Source: Candidatus Dormiibacterota bacterium | GTDB taxonomy: Bacteria; Chloroflexota; Dormibacteria; Dormibacterales; Dormibacteraceae | Reading direction: 5' to 3' | Assembly (NCBI GenBank): GCA_046727235.1 | Contig: JBKPCF010000108.1 | Span: 1-46,547 of the forward strand | Length of the DNA: 46,547 nucleotides | The notes under the pieces: generated by a model | What the model was told of the DNA's origin: nothing | What the model saw: the letters and a program-made list of their open reading frames with translations, nothing else | The model's database searches: none | Shown here: piece after piece, positions 16,696 through 24,453 of the stretch | How positions within the stretch are numbered: position 1 is the first letter of the stretch | How the letters are laid out: each line of letters opens with the position of its first letter | Position numbers and translations under genes: made by a program

Positions 16696-18285
16696 TTGTC
16701 GATATCCACGCCTCTGCCCGAACTGGAGCCAGCGTCTCCCGCACCGCCGGTACTGAGGAGACCACTGCGCCGCCGCAAAGGTTCCGGCCGCCGCGGCCTG
16801 CTCGCCGCGGGCATGGCGCTGCTGGTCGTGCTGGTCGGCGTCGGGGCATTTCTCGCTTACCAGAACACGCTGCCGACCACAGTCGCCACCAACATCAAGG
16901 ACGGGCAGAAAGATGTCCCCACCGACGGGAGCTTTCTCTTCAAGTTCTCGAGGTCGATCTCCATCGATGCGCTGAAGTCGGGCATGACCGTCACGCCCGT
17001 GACCGACGGAGGCATCAGCGCGGTCTCCGGGCAGACCGATTATGCGTGGACGCCTACCCGGCCGCTGCTCGAGCTGACCACTTACACCGTCACGCTGAAA
17101 ACGATCACCGACACATCCCACCATCTCGTGCACGGTGGTCTGTGGACCTTCACCACGAGGATCGTCCCGAGAGTCGTCTCGATCACGGGAGCGGACGGCA
17201 AGCCGTTGAAGGACGGAATGGAGATGGATCCTGGCGCCACGATGAAGCTGGCGTTCAACGACGCCATGGAGCCGGTCACCATCAAGATGACCGTCAACAA
17301 CGAGGTGACCGCTCTCAAATGGGCCGCGGATGCCAGGAGCGCCACGTTCTCGCTTGCCGGCCTGGGGTCGGGACCTGTCACCGTTCAGATCGCGCCGGGC
17401 GGGCGAGACCAGACCGGTCACATGGTCGCCGGCGCGTTCACGCTGAAGACGGGCATCTACTGGCACGACCGCGAGCACACGGTCTCGCTGCGCTATCCGG
17501 CGCTCATCCAGATTCCCAACGACGAGCTCGCGCGCGACCAGAACGGCCTGCAGGCGGCGGACGTCGTCTACGAGTACCTCGCCGAAGGCGGGATCACCCG
17601 CCTCACGGCGATCTACCAGAACGCGCCGGACATGGTCGGGCCCATGCGCTCGGCCCGCTTCATCTCGTTGAAGCTGGGCCGCCACTACCGAGGCCTCCTG
17701 TTCCAGTCCGGCGAATCGCAGGCGACCCGCGCTCGCGCCGCGCAGGACCCGACGCCGCAGTTCTTCGACAGCCCCGGCTTTCAGTACCGGACCGCGGCGC
17801 GCTACGCGCCTGACAACCTGATGATCAACGGCGACAGGGTGCTCGCCGCCGAGGAGCTTTACGGCATCGACGGTTACACGTTTCCCAAGGTTCGGCCGAA
17901 CCTGAGCGGCGGCACGAATGTCAACGCGCTCACGGTCGACGAGCATTACTCAACCTATTCGTATGACCCGGCGACCGGCACGTACGGCAAGACGGAGGAA
18001 GGACATGCGTATCGCGACGCCAGCCTGCAGCAGCCGCTGCGCATCGAGATGGTGATCGTGCTGCACACGCGCGAGCAGCTGCTCGACGTCGGCGACGGCC
18101 ACGGCGCGCACATCCACGACTTCGACCTCGATACGAATGGCCGGATCGACGTGTCCTACAAGGGGCAGCAGTACTCGGGCACGTGGGCGTCAACCGACAG
18201 CCACGGGCCGCTCGTGTTCACGCTCGACAACGGTCAGGCGGTGACGCTGCCACCGGGCCTCGTCTGGATCGACGTCACGGGCTAG
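16696..18285 (+). CDS. Membrane-anchored DUF3048 (YerB-like) protein with N-terminal Ig-like domains
   Basis: An N-terminal TM helix (LLAAGMALLVVLVGVGAFLAY) is followed by beta-rich repeats. Next come ALIQIPNDELARDQNGLQAADVVYEYLAEGGITRLTAIYQ, as in the DUF3048 N-terminal domain, and a DUF3048 C-terminal-like region. Confidence 0.7.
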   Translation: MSISTPLPELEPASPAPPVLRRPLRRRKGSGRRGLLAAGMALLVVLVGVGAFLAYQNTLPTTVATNIKDGQKDVPTDGSFLFKFSRSISIDALKSGMTVTPVTDGGISAVSGQTDYAWTPTRPLLELTTYTVTLKTITDTSHHLVHGGLWTFTTRIVPRVVSITGADGKPLKDGMEMDPGATMKLAFNDAMEPVTIKMTVNNEVTALKWAADARSATFSLAGLGSGPVTVQIAPGGRDQTGHMVAGAFTLKTGIYWHDREHTVSLRYPALIQIPNDELARDQNGLQAADVVYEYLAEGGITRLTAIYQNAPDMVGPMRSARFISLKLGRHYRGLLFQSGESQATRARAAQDPTPQFFDSPGFQYRTAARYAPDNLMINGDRVLAAEELYGIDGYTFPKVRPNLSGGTNVNALTVDEHYSTYSYDPATGTYGKTEEGHAYRDASLQQPLRIEMVIVLHTREQLLDVGDGHGAHIHDFDLDTNGRIDVSYKGQQYSGTWASTDSHGPLVFTLDNGQAVTLPPGLVWIDVTG

Positions 18286-18316
18286 TCATCACGGCAACCG
18301 GCCGCGGGAGGTTTGG

Positions 18317-18724
18317 ATGGACTTCGACACGATGCGTCTGCCCGTCGATCGCGATGTGCTTGCTCCGGATGGATCGGACGTGCGGATCCTTCTGCGCCTT
18401 GAGCGGGGAAGCATGGCCCACTTCCAGCTCAATCCCGTTCAGATCTCGGTCGCGATGGAGCACCGCACCGTCGAAGAGGTCTGGTACGTGCTGGGTGGCC
18501 GCGGCGAGATGTGGCGCCGGCAGGGTGATCGCGAAGAGGTCGTCGCCATGGAACCAGGCACATGCCTGTCGATCCCTGTCGGGACGAGCTTTCAGTTCCG
18601 CTGTCTCGGCGACGATCCCCTGACCGCCGTCGCGGTCACGATGCCTCCGTGGCCAGGCGACGGTGAGGCGCATCCTGTCGAGGGCAGGTGGCCGGAGCCA
18701 GGCAGCACTGTCCGACCTGGCTAA
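18317..18724 (+). CDS. Cupin domain protein
   Basis: A 135-aa beta-rich protein with cupin-like motifs (HRTVEEVWYVLGGRGEMW...EPGTCLSIPVGTSFQF). Confidence 0.65.
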   Translation: MDFDTMRLPVDRDVLAPDGSDVRILLRLERGSMAHFQLNPVQISVAMEHRTVEEVWYVLGGRGEMWRRQGDREEVVAMEPGTCLSIPVGTSFQFRCLGDDPLTAVAVTMPPWPGDGEAHPVEGRWPEPGSTVRPG

Positions 18725-18740
18725 GCCGGGGCCAGCGCCT

Positions 18741-18932
18741 TCATGTCGCCATCCCCATGCTGAACATCGCGGCCTGTACCCGGTTCCTCACCTCGAGCTT
18801 GCGGAGCACCTGGTGCACGTGCTTGTTGACGGTGTTGGTGGAGACATACAACCGATCCGCGATCTGGCGGTTGGTGAATCCGAGCTGGATGTGACGAAGA
18901 ACCTCACGCTCCCGGGTGGACAGCAGTTCCAT
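18741..18932 (-). CDS. Stand-alone LuxR/GerE-type helix-turn-helix protein (63 aa)
   Basis: MELLSTREREVLRHIQLGFTNRQIADRLYVSTNTVNKHVHQVLRKLEV is a GerE HTH. ATG 18932 has AAGGAG 7 nt upstream. The 29 extra codons in the track ORF have low third-position GC. Confidence 0.7.
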   Translation of the reverse strand: MELLSTREREVLRHIQLGFTNRQIADRLYVSTNTVNKHVHQVLRKLEVRNRVQAAMFSMGMAT

Positions 18933-18955
18933 CGGCGCTCTCCTTTGAAAAGATT

Positions 18956-19023
18956 GCGATTGGCCTCGGTCCTGGGGGAACGACCTTGGGGGATTCTTCT
19001 GGTCTCTGGGTGAGGCCAATCGC
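18956..19023 (-). terminator. Long inverted repeat followed by a U-rich tract; terminator or attenuator between the cyclase-STAND gene and mini-LuxR
   Basis: GCGATTGGCCTC (18956-18967) and GAGGCCAATCGC (19012-19023) are perfect 12-nt reverse complements. On the minus strand the stem is followed by AATCTTTTC and then the mini-LuxR RBS. The 44-nt loop carries two CCCCC runs. Confidence 0.4.
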
Positions 19024-19077
19024 TGGTTAGAGGCTAAGAGAGCGCATGGACGGCGGCCATCGGCAAAATCGCCGAGA

Positions 19078-19103
19078 TCGCTACCTAATCTCGCTACCTA
19101 ATC
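19078..19103. repeat. Perfect 13-bp tandem duplication (TCGCTACCTAATC x2) spanning the stop codon of the cyclase-STAND-LuxR gene
   Basis: Read directly: 19078-19090 equals 19091-19103. The TAG stop (19098-19100) lies in copy 2. Confidence 0.85.
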
Positions 19104-21986
19104 CCGCACCAGACCGTGCGCCGCAGCCCACGCTGCGATCTGCGCCCGCGAGCGGAAGTCGAGCTTGTTGCGGATGTGCTCAACGTGGGCGTCGACAGTG
19201 CGGGTCGACAGGAACAGCTTCTTTGCGATCTCGCGGTTCCGCATCCCGCTGCCCACCATCGCCGCGACCTCGAGCTCCCGACGAGTCAGGGCCGGAAGCG
19301 CGGCGGTGGCACCTTGCGCGACCTCCACCACAGGCGCCTCTCCGCCATGCCCGCCGGAGTCGAGCCACTCCAGCGCCTGTTCCAGCGCCGCATCGAGCGT
19401 GAGCGCGGCACCTTCCCTGGACGCGGCGGAGACCACGCTCGACCCGACCGCTTCTCTCGCCGGGCCAAGCGCCGTCTCGACCAGGAGGTCCCAAAGCGGG
19501 GCCGACGGCGCGCCTGCCGCTCTTCGAATCGAGGCCGCCGCCGCCGCCAGCTTGATCGCCTGCCCTGGGTCCGAGATCGCGGTGGCGAACCGGGCGCAGC
19601 TCTCGAGGACGAGCGCGACGTCGACCTTCTCGCGCAGACGTTGCGAGATCTCGAGACTCTCCCGCAGGTTCGCTCGCGCCCGCTCGACGTCGCCCATGTC
19701 GAGCGCGAGGGTCGCCAGGCACGCCAGCAGGAACGCCGCAACTTTTTCGTCCCCGAGCTCCCGATGCAGCGCCAGGCTCGTTTCGCCATGCCTCTTCGCC
19801 GCCTCCAGGTCTCGCATGAAGTAGGCGATGAGCGCCATCACGAGCAACGCGCCGGCGGTGCCGGCGCGGTCGTGGGTGTCATCGGCGATCTGCAGCGCTT
19901 CCTCCACCAGCGGTCGAGCGCGCTCGCCGTCACCCTGGACCACGAAGATCAGGGCGAGGTTGCGCAGGGATCGGGCCTTCACCGGAGGCGCCGAGACGGC
20001 GCCGGCGATGCGCACGCTCTCCTCGAAGTACGTGGTGGCGGCGGTGAAATCACCTTGCCGCTGAGCCAGCCACCCGGCTGCTCCAAGCGCATCGGCCCGG
20101 ATGGCGTTTTCCTCCGGCCACGCCGCAAGCGCCTTGGCGAGCGAATCACGCCCTTCGGTCAGGTGGCCGCGCTCGTCCCAGAATCCGAGCAACGCCGTCG
20201 CCAGTCGCAGGTTCAGGTCCGAGGAGATCGACTGGCTCGACGCCAGGGCCGCCCTCAGGTTGTCGTGCTCGCGCTCCAGCAGGTCCATGCGGCCCAGGTG
20301 CTCGGGGCTGTTCTGCAGGTCGCGCGCCTGCTCGGCAAGCCGGAGGAAATACTCCGCGTGCCGGCGCAAGTAGACATCCGCCTCGCCCGCTTCCTCCAGT
20401 CGCTCTAACGAGTACTGCTGGAGCGTGGCAAGGACGCGCATCGGGCTCTCCTGGTTCCCCACCTCGACCGGCATGACCAGCGACTTGTCGAGCAGAAGCG
20501 ACATCAGGTCGATGACGTCGACCCGCGCGACGCCGTCCCCGGCGCAGATCTCTTCGACCTCCGCCACGGTGAAGCCACCCGAGAAGACCGCAAGCCGGCG
20601 AAAGAGAGTCCGCTCTTTGGCATCGAGCAGCTGGTAGCTCCACTCGACGGCGGCCCGCATCGTCTGGTGGCGAGGGACCGTGCGCGGACCGCCGGCGAGG
20701 ATCCCAAGGCGGTCGTCGAGCCGCGCCAGGAGCTCATCGACTGTCATGACCCTCGCCCGCGCCGCGGCAAGCTCGATCGCCAGCGGAATCCCATCGAGGC
20801 GCTTGCAGATCTGCGCGATGGCTTCGGACCTCGACGCGTCGACCTCGTTGAGCGGCCGGTTCGGCCACGCGCGGTCGATGAACAGACGCGCTGCTTCGCT
20901 CTGCGGGGGTCCCACGGAAAGTGGATCCAGCCGCCAGACAAGCTCGTTCGCGGCGCCGGTCGCCTGCCTGCTGGTGGCGAGGATCTTCACGTCGGGACAT
21001 CGACCCACGATCGCGTCGGAGACGACCGCGCACTGCTCGACCAGGTGCTCGCAGTTGTCGAGGATGAGGAGGCACTCGAGCGACTGCAGGTGCAGGCACA
21101 GCGTCTCGAGCAGGTCAGTGCCCGCGACCTCCCGCAGCGCCAGCGTGTTTGCGATCTCCTGCGCCACGAGAGCAGGGTCCGCGACGACATCCAGCCCGAT
21201 GAACCACACCCCGTCCGCGAAGCCCTCCTGCAATCCCGCGGCGAGGTGCAGCGCAGTGCGCGTCTTGCCCATGCCACCCGGTCCGGTGACGGTCACCATG
21301 CGGTGGCCGGCCAGCGCGTCCGCAAGGGCACGCAGCTGCGCCTCGCGGCCGAGAAAGCTCGTGAGCTCGGCGGGAAGATTCGTCCTCCTGCTGTCGAGCG
21401 ACCGCAGTGGTGGAAAGTGTGACTCGAGCTCCGGATGGACGAGCTGGTAGACGCGCTCCGGTCGCGACAGGCCCTTCAGCTGGTGCACACCAAGGTCGAT
21501 GAGCGACACCGAGCTCGACAGCGTGTCGACGATCAGGTCGCGCGTCGGCGCGGACAGGATCGTCTGGCCACCGTGCGCGATCGCGACCAGTCGCGCGCAC
21601 CGATACAGGGCCGGGCCGAAGTAGTGGCCGTCGCGCAGCTCGGCCTCGCCGGTGTGGATGGCGATGCGAACCCGAGGTCTTACTGCCGGCGGCCAGTCCG
21701 CGCGCTGCAGCTCTTGCTGCGCCGTCAGCGCGCACGCGACCGCCTGGCTCGGTCGTGAGAACACGCACATCACGCTGTCTCCCTCGCGCCCGAGCTCCAC
21801 GACCCGGCCCTCGTGCTGGGCTGCGCAGCGGTCGAAGATCTCGTCATGGATCTGCAGCGCGCGCTGCATCGCCGTCGGGTGCAGGTCCCACGACTCGGTC
21901 GATCGCTGGATGTCCGTGAGCAGGAACGTGAGCGTGCCCGTGGGCTCGCGGACGAGGACGGCCTGGGACCTTTGCCTCGCCGGCAT
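19098..21986 (-). CDS. Class III adenylate/guanylate cyclase domain - STAND/AAA ATPase - TPR - LuxR HTH regulator (962 aa; I recall M. tuberculosis Rv0386 having this architecture)
   Basis: N-terminus GTLTFLLTDIQRST...EGDSVMCVF...IHTGEAELRDGHYFGPALYRCARL...HGGQTILS (cyclase homology domain). Walker A VTGPGGMGKT. Long TPR-like helical repeats. C-terminal LTRRELEVAAMVGSGMRNREIAKKLFLSTRTVDAHVEHIRNKL (GerE HTH). Confidence 0.9.
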   Translation of the reverse strand: MPARQRSQAVLVREPTGTLTFLLTDIQRSTESWDLHPTAMQRALQIHDEIFDRCAAQHEGRVVELGREGDSVMCVFSRPSQAVACALTAQQELQRADWPPAVRPRVRIAIHTGEAELRDGHYFGPALYRCARLVAIAHGGQTILSAPTRDLIVDTLSSSVSLIDLGVHQLKGLSRPERVYQLVHPELESHFPPLRSLDSRRTNLPAELTSFLGREAQLRALADALAGHRMVTVTGPGGMGKTRTALHLAAGLQEGFADGVWFIGLDVVADPALVAQEIANTLALREVAGTDLLETLCLHLQSLECLLILDNCEHLVEQCAVVSDAIVGRCPDVKILATSRQATGAANELVWRLDPLSVGPPQSEAARLFIDRAWPNRPLNEVDASRSEAIAQICKRLDGIPLAIELAAARARVMTVDELLARLDDRLGILAGGPRTVPRHQTMRAAVEWSYQLLDAKERTLFRRLAVFSGGFTVAEVEEICAGDGVARVDVIDLMSLLLDKSLVMPVEVGNQESPMRVLATLQQYSLERLEEAGEADVYLRRHAEYFLRLAEQARDLQNSPEHLGRMDLLEREHDNLRAALASSQSISSDLNLRLATALLGFWDERGHLTEGRDSLAKALAAWPEENAIRADALGAAGWLAQRQGDFTAATTYFEESVRIAGAVSAPPVKARSLRNLALIFVVQGDGERARPLVEEALQIADDTHDRAGTAGALLVMALIAYFMRDLEAAKRHGETSLALHRELGDEKVAAFLLACLATLALDMGDVERARANLRESLEISQRLREKVDVALVLESCARFATAISDPGQAIKLAAAAASIRRAAGAPSAPLWDLLVETALGPAREAVGSSVVSAASREGAALTLDAALEQALEWLDSGGHGGEAPVVEVAQGATAALPALTRRELEVAAMVGSGMRNREIAKKLFLSTRTVDAHVEHIRNKLDFRSRAQIAAWAAAHGLVRD

Positions 21987-21994
21987 GGTCGAAA

Positions 21995-22525
21995 TTATGG
22001 TTCGCCCTCGACCCGTGCGCGCAGCGCGCGCGCGCTCATCCAGATCTCACCGGGCCAGGCGACACCGCGCCGGACTTCTGCGCGGCCGGCTGCGTGGTAG
22101 GAGGCGATGACCAGGCCGGCCAGGCTCTGGATCAGCCTCCAACGTAAATTGCGGGGGAGGGGACGGACCTCGAAACCAAACCGCGCCGCCATAGTCGCGA
22201 GGACGGTGACGCCTCGCACCGCGGCTACGGACCCGACGCGACCAGAACCGACGTCTCTCGCCAGGTTGTCGAGGTCGGCATCGAGGCGGGGACCGAGCGC
22301 CCACAAGTTGCCGTTTGACTCCTCGAGGGCCAGCTCGACACGACGGTTGTCGAGGTGGAGGTGCAGGATCCTCGCCCCGTGCGGCACCGGCGTGCCATCG
22401 GCGAGCACGGTGGATGGGCCGCGAAAAGGTGAGATCCCGTACTGGAGGATCGAGCCCTCGCGCACCGCCCGCACCCGCCACATGCGCATCAGGAGCGGCT
22501 CGCCGGCCCGCCAGAGCCGCAGCAT
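21995..22525 (-). CDS. YkoP-like protein (176 aa from the internal ATG)
   Basis: MLRLWRAGEPLLMRMWRVRAV...LADGTPVPHGARILHLHLDN...GVTVLATMAARFGFEV follows the block pattern of Bacillus YkoP as I recall it. Start taken at Met30 of the track ORF (22525). The stop lies 8 nt upstream of the cyclase-STAND start. Confidence 0.55.
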   Translation of the reverse strand: MLRLWRAGEPLLMRMWRVRAVREGSILQYGISPFRGPSTVLADGTPVPHGARILHLHLDNRRVELALEESNGNLWALGPRLDADLDNLARDVGSGRVGSVAAVRGVTVLATMAARFGFEVRPLPRNLRWRLIQSLAGLVIASYHAAGRAEVRRGVAWPGEIWMSARALRARVEGEP

Positions 22526-22617
22526 GCTGACGCCGCCACCCCAGCCTGCTGCGCGGAGCACCGCCCTTGTCAACCTGGGCAGCGGCACTCGGTCCTGCGT
22601 CAAGCGGAGCATTTAGT

Positions 22618-23832
22618 ATGGCGGTCAATCTGGGAAGCGCTGAGGCGGGCGTGATGCGGGTCGGCGCGGAACATGCGAAGAGCGTGGTGGTCCGGAACGG
22701 CGATTGGCTACGCGTCGCCTGGCTCGGGCACAAGTCGCAAACCATCGGCGACGGCCTGCGCACCTACTCGCGGATCGTCACCACCGGTCTCGAGGAGCGT
22801 GGCATCGAGGTCGTCTTCGTCCATCACGAGCGGGCCCTCGAGGACGGACGGTCGTCGTTCTCACTGCGCGGCACGCCGTTGTTTCAAAGGCGCGTCGTCG
22901 TCTCCGGCGCGCGTTCGCGCAGCACCCTGGAAGGAATCCTGCGCGACCATGCGGTCGACGTCGTCCACCTGTCCGCACCGTTTTCGACGCTTGATTTCAC
23001 GCTGCCGCGGATCTGCCACAGATTGGGCGTTCCGGTGGTGGTGACGTTTCACGTCCCTTTCACCGCAGCCCGATCGATGTGGGGATCGCTCGCGTCAGCC
23101 GTGACCCGCATGTATGCACGCGCCCTGGCAGAGTGCGACCGGGTCATCGTGAGCGGCGCGGCGCAGTGGCGTCTCCTCGTTCAGCTGGGCGTGCCGGAGC
23201 ACGTGCTCAGCGTCCTCCCCAACGGAGTCGACCTGGACAAATACTCGCCCGGACCGTCCGACGCGCGCGCGGCGCTCGGCGCCGAACGGCTTTTCACCTT
23301 CGTCGGCAGAGTCGATCCGGAAAAGCGTGTCGACACCTTGGTGAGGGCATTCCTCGAGGTGTCGCCCCCGCCGTCGACGCACCTGGTCGTGGTCGGAGAC
23401 GGGTTCGATCTCCCGCACCTGAGGGCTCGCTACCGGGACCCCCGCGTCGTCTTCACCGGCGCGCTTCTCGATGAGCGCCGGCGGATCGACATTCTGCGTG
23501 CGTCGGACGCTTTCTTCCTGCCTTCCGACGTGGAAGCGCAGTCGCTCGCTCTGCTGGAGGCGATGGCGTGCGGAATCGCGGTTGCCGCGACACGCGTCGG
23601 CAACCACGCCGAGATGCTGGAAGGAATCGGCACGTTGCTCGATCCCCATCACCTGCTGCACGAGCTGCGAACCGCCATCGCGAGCTTCGTGCGCTCAAAG
23701 GACCTCTGCCTGACGATGGGTATGCGCGCACGCTTGCGTGCAATCCAGCGGTACGGCCTCGGCGCTCACATCAACGGCGTGCTCGCCCTGTACGCGGCGT
23801 TGGTCGGCTGCGGACCGATCAACCCGCAATGA
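22618..23832 (+). CDS. Glycosyltransferase, GT4 family (GT-B fold)
   Basis: Glyco_trans_4-like N-terminal half. C-terminal FVGRVDPEKRVD...FLPSDVEAQSLALLEAMACGIAVAAT (E-x7-E region). The start is uncertain: ATG 22618, ATG 22654 or GTG 22683. Confidence 0.8.
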   Translation: MAVNLGSAEAGVMRVGAEHAKSVVVRNGDWLRVAWLGHKSQTIGDGLRTYSRIVTTGLEERGIEVVFVHHERALEDGRSSFSLRGTPLFQRRVVVSGARSRSTLEGILRDHAVDVVHLSAPFSTLDFTLPRICHRLGVPVVVTFHVPFTAARSMWGSLASAVTRMYARALAECDRVIVSGAAQWRLLVQLGVPEHVLSVLPNGVDLDKYSPGPSDARAALGAERLFTFVGRVDPEKRVDTLVRAFLEVSPPPSTHLVVVGDGFDLPHLRARYRDPRVVFTGALLDERRRIDILRASDAFFLPSDVEAQSLALLEAMACGIAVAATRVGNHAEMLEGIGTLLDPHHLLHELRTAIASFVRSKDLCLTMGMRARLRAIQRYGLGAHINGVLALYAALVGCGPINPQ

Positions 23833-23859
23833 AGCTTTTCGCCGCCGAGTTTCGTTAAA

Positions 23860-23874
23860 CCGGCCCTAGGCCGG
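23860..23874. terminator. Short GC hairpin between convergent genes
   Basis: CCGGCC-CTA-GGCCGG. The loop is the TAG stop of the Pro-rich gene. It lies 28 nt after the glycosyltransferase stop. Confidence 0.3.
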
Positions 23875-24372
23875 GGCTCCCGCCCGCCGGCGTGCCAGGG
23901 TCATCGCGCCGCGCGCGAAGACCACGAGCCACACCGCGACCAGCGCGGGCAAGATCAGCAAGATGAGCCACCAGGTCCAGCTCCAGCCCGCGCCGGCAGA
24001 GCTCGCGTGCCTCGCTTGAACGTTCTGCACGGGCAGCGTAAGCGCCGGTGGGATGACCACGACGGGTGGCGTGTCCGACTGGCTCGCGGACGAGCCCACG
24101 CCGGCTGAGCTGCCCGTCGGCGGAGCAGTGGATACCGGCGGCGGATTGGTGACTGGCGGCGGATTGGTGACCGGCGGCGGGTTGGTCGCCGGCGGTGGAT
24201 TGGTCGCCGGCGGAGGCTGGTTGTTGTGGTGCTTCACCCAGCCATAGTGATGACCGTTGTTGTCCGGGTTGGCGTGCTCTGCGTCCGCGAATGCGGTGAC
24301 GCTCGAGAGCAGAACCATCGTCAACGACGTGGCTAAAGCGAGTGCGGCAGCGGTTGGTGAGACGCGTTTCAT
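23866..24372 (-). CDS. Secreted, C-terminally membrane-anchored Pro-rich repeat protein
   Basis: From ATG 24372: signal peptide MKRVSPTAAALALATSLTMVLLSSVTAFA, His/Asn-rich stretch, (TNPPPA/V)x4-5 repeats, Ser/Gly linker, and a C-terminal TM helix (WWLILLILPALVAVWLVVF) with a basic tail. Confidence 0.65.
   Translation of the reverse strand: MKRVSPTAAALALATSLTMVLLSSVTAFADAEHANPDNNGHHYGWVKHHNNQPPPATNPPPATNPPPVTNPPPVTNPPPVSTAPPTGSSAGVGSSASQSDTPPVVVIPPALTLPVQNVQARHASSAGAGWSWTWWLILLILPALVAVWLVVFARGAMTLARRRAGAPA
24137..24226. repeat. 18-bp tandem coding repeat, 4 good copies plus 1 degenerate copy
   Basis: GGCGGCGGATTGGTGACT / GGCGGCGGATTGGTGACC / GGCGGCGGGTTGGTCGCC / GGCGGTGGATTGGTCGCC / GGCGGAGGCTGGTTGTTG. 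These encode the TNPPP(A/V) units on the minus strand. Confidence 0.85.
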
Positions 24373-24453
24373 TTTCCTGAATCCCTCCTCTCGGTTCGCC
24401 AAAAGCTACCGGGAGGCGCTTCAAAAGCCGATGGGACATTCGTCCTTTCGGGA

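Noticed and set aside
16585-17946. 453-aa minus-strand ORF
   Set aside because: Antisense to the DUF3048 gene, whose sequence is motif-rich. The ORF itself is R/D/G/V-rich with no motifs.
18933-19019. Longer 92-aa version of the mini-LuxR ORF
   Set aside because: The extra 29 codons have low third-position GC, contain the inverted repeat and U-tract, and precede a good AAGGAG-ATG initiation site at 18932.
19078-19103. 13-bp duplication as a target-site duplication of a mobile element
   Set aside because: The copies are directly adjacent with nothing inserted between them. No transposase, integrase or inverted terminal repeats lie nearby.
19098-21986. The cyclase-STAND-TPR proteins (also 34767..37394) as Avs-like antiphage STAND defence genes
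   Set aside because: The N-terminal module is a cyclase homology domain and one copy has a LuxR HTH output. This fits the known actinobacterial regulator architecture. There are no nuclease, protease, TIR or other effector domains, and the flanks are housekeeping genes rather than a defence island. A signalling role is more parsimonious, but defence is not strictly excluded.
24137-24226. Tandem repeat array as a possible CRISPR or satellite
   Set aside because: The units are 18 bp, contiguous without spacers, in-frame, and encode a Pro-rich peptide repeat inside an ORF. No cas genes are present.
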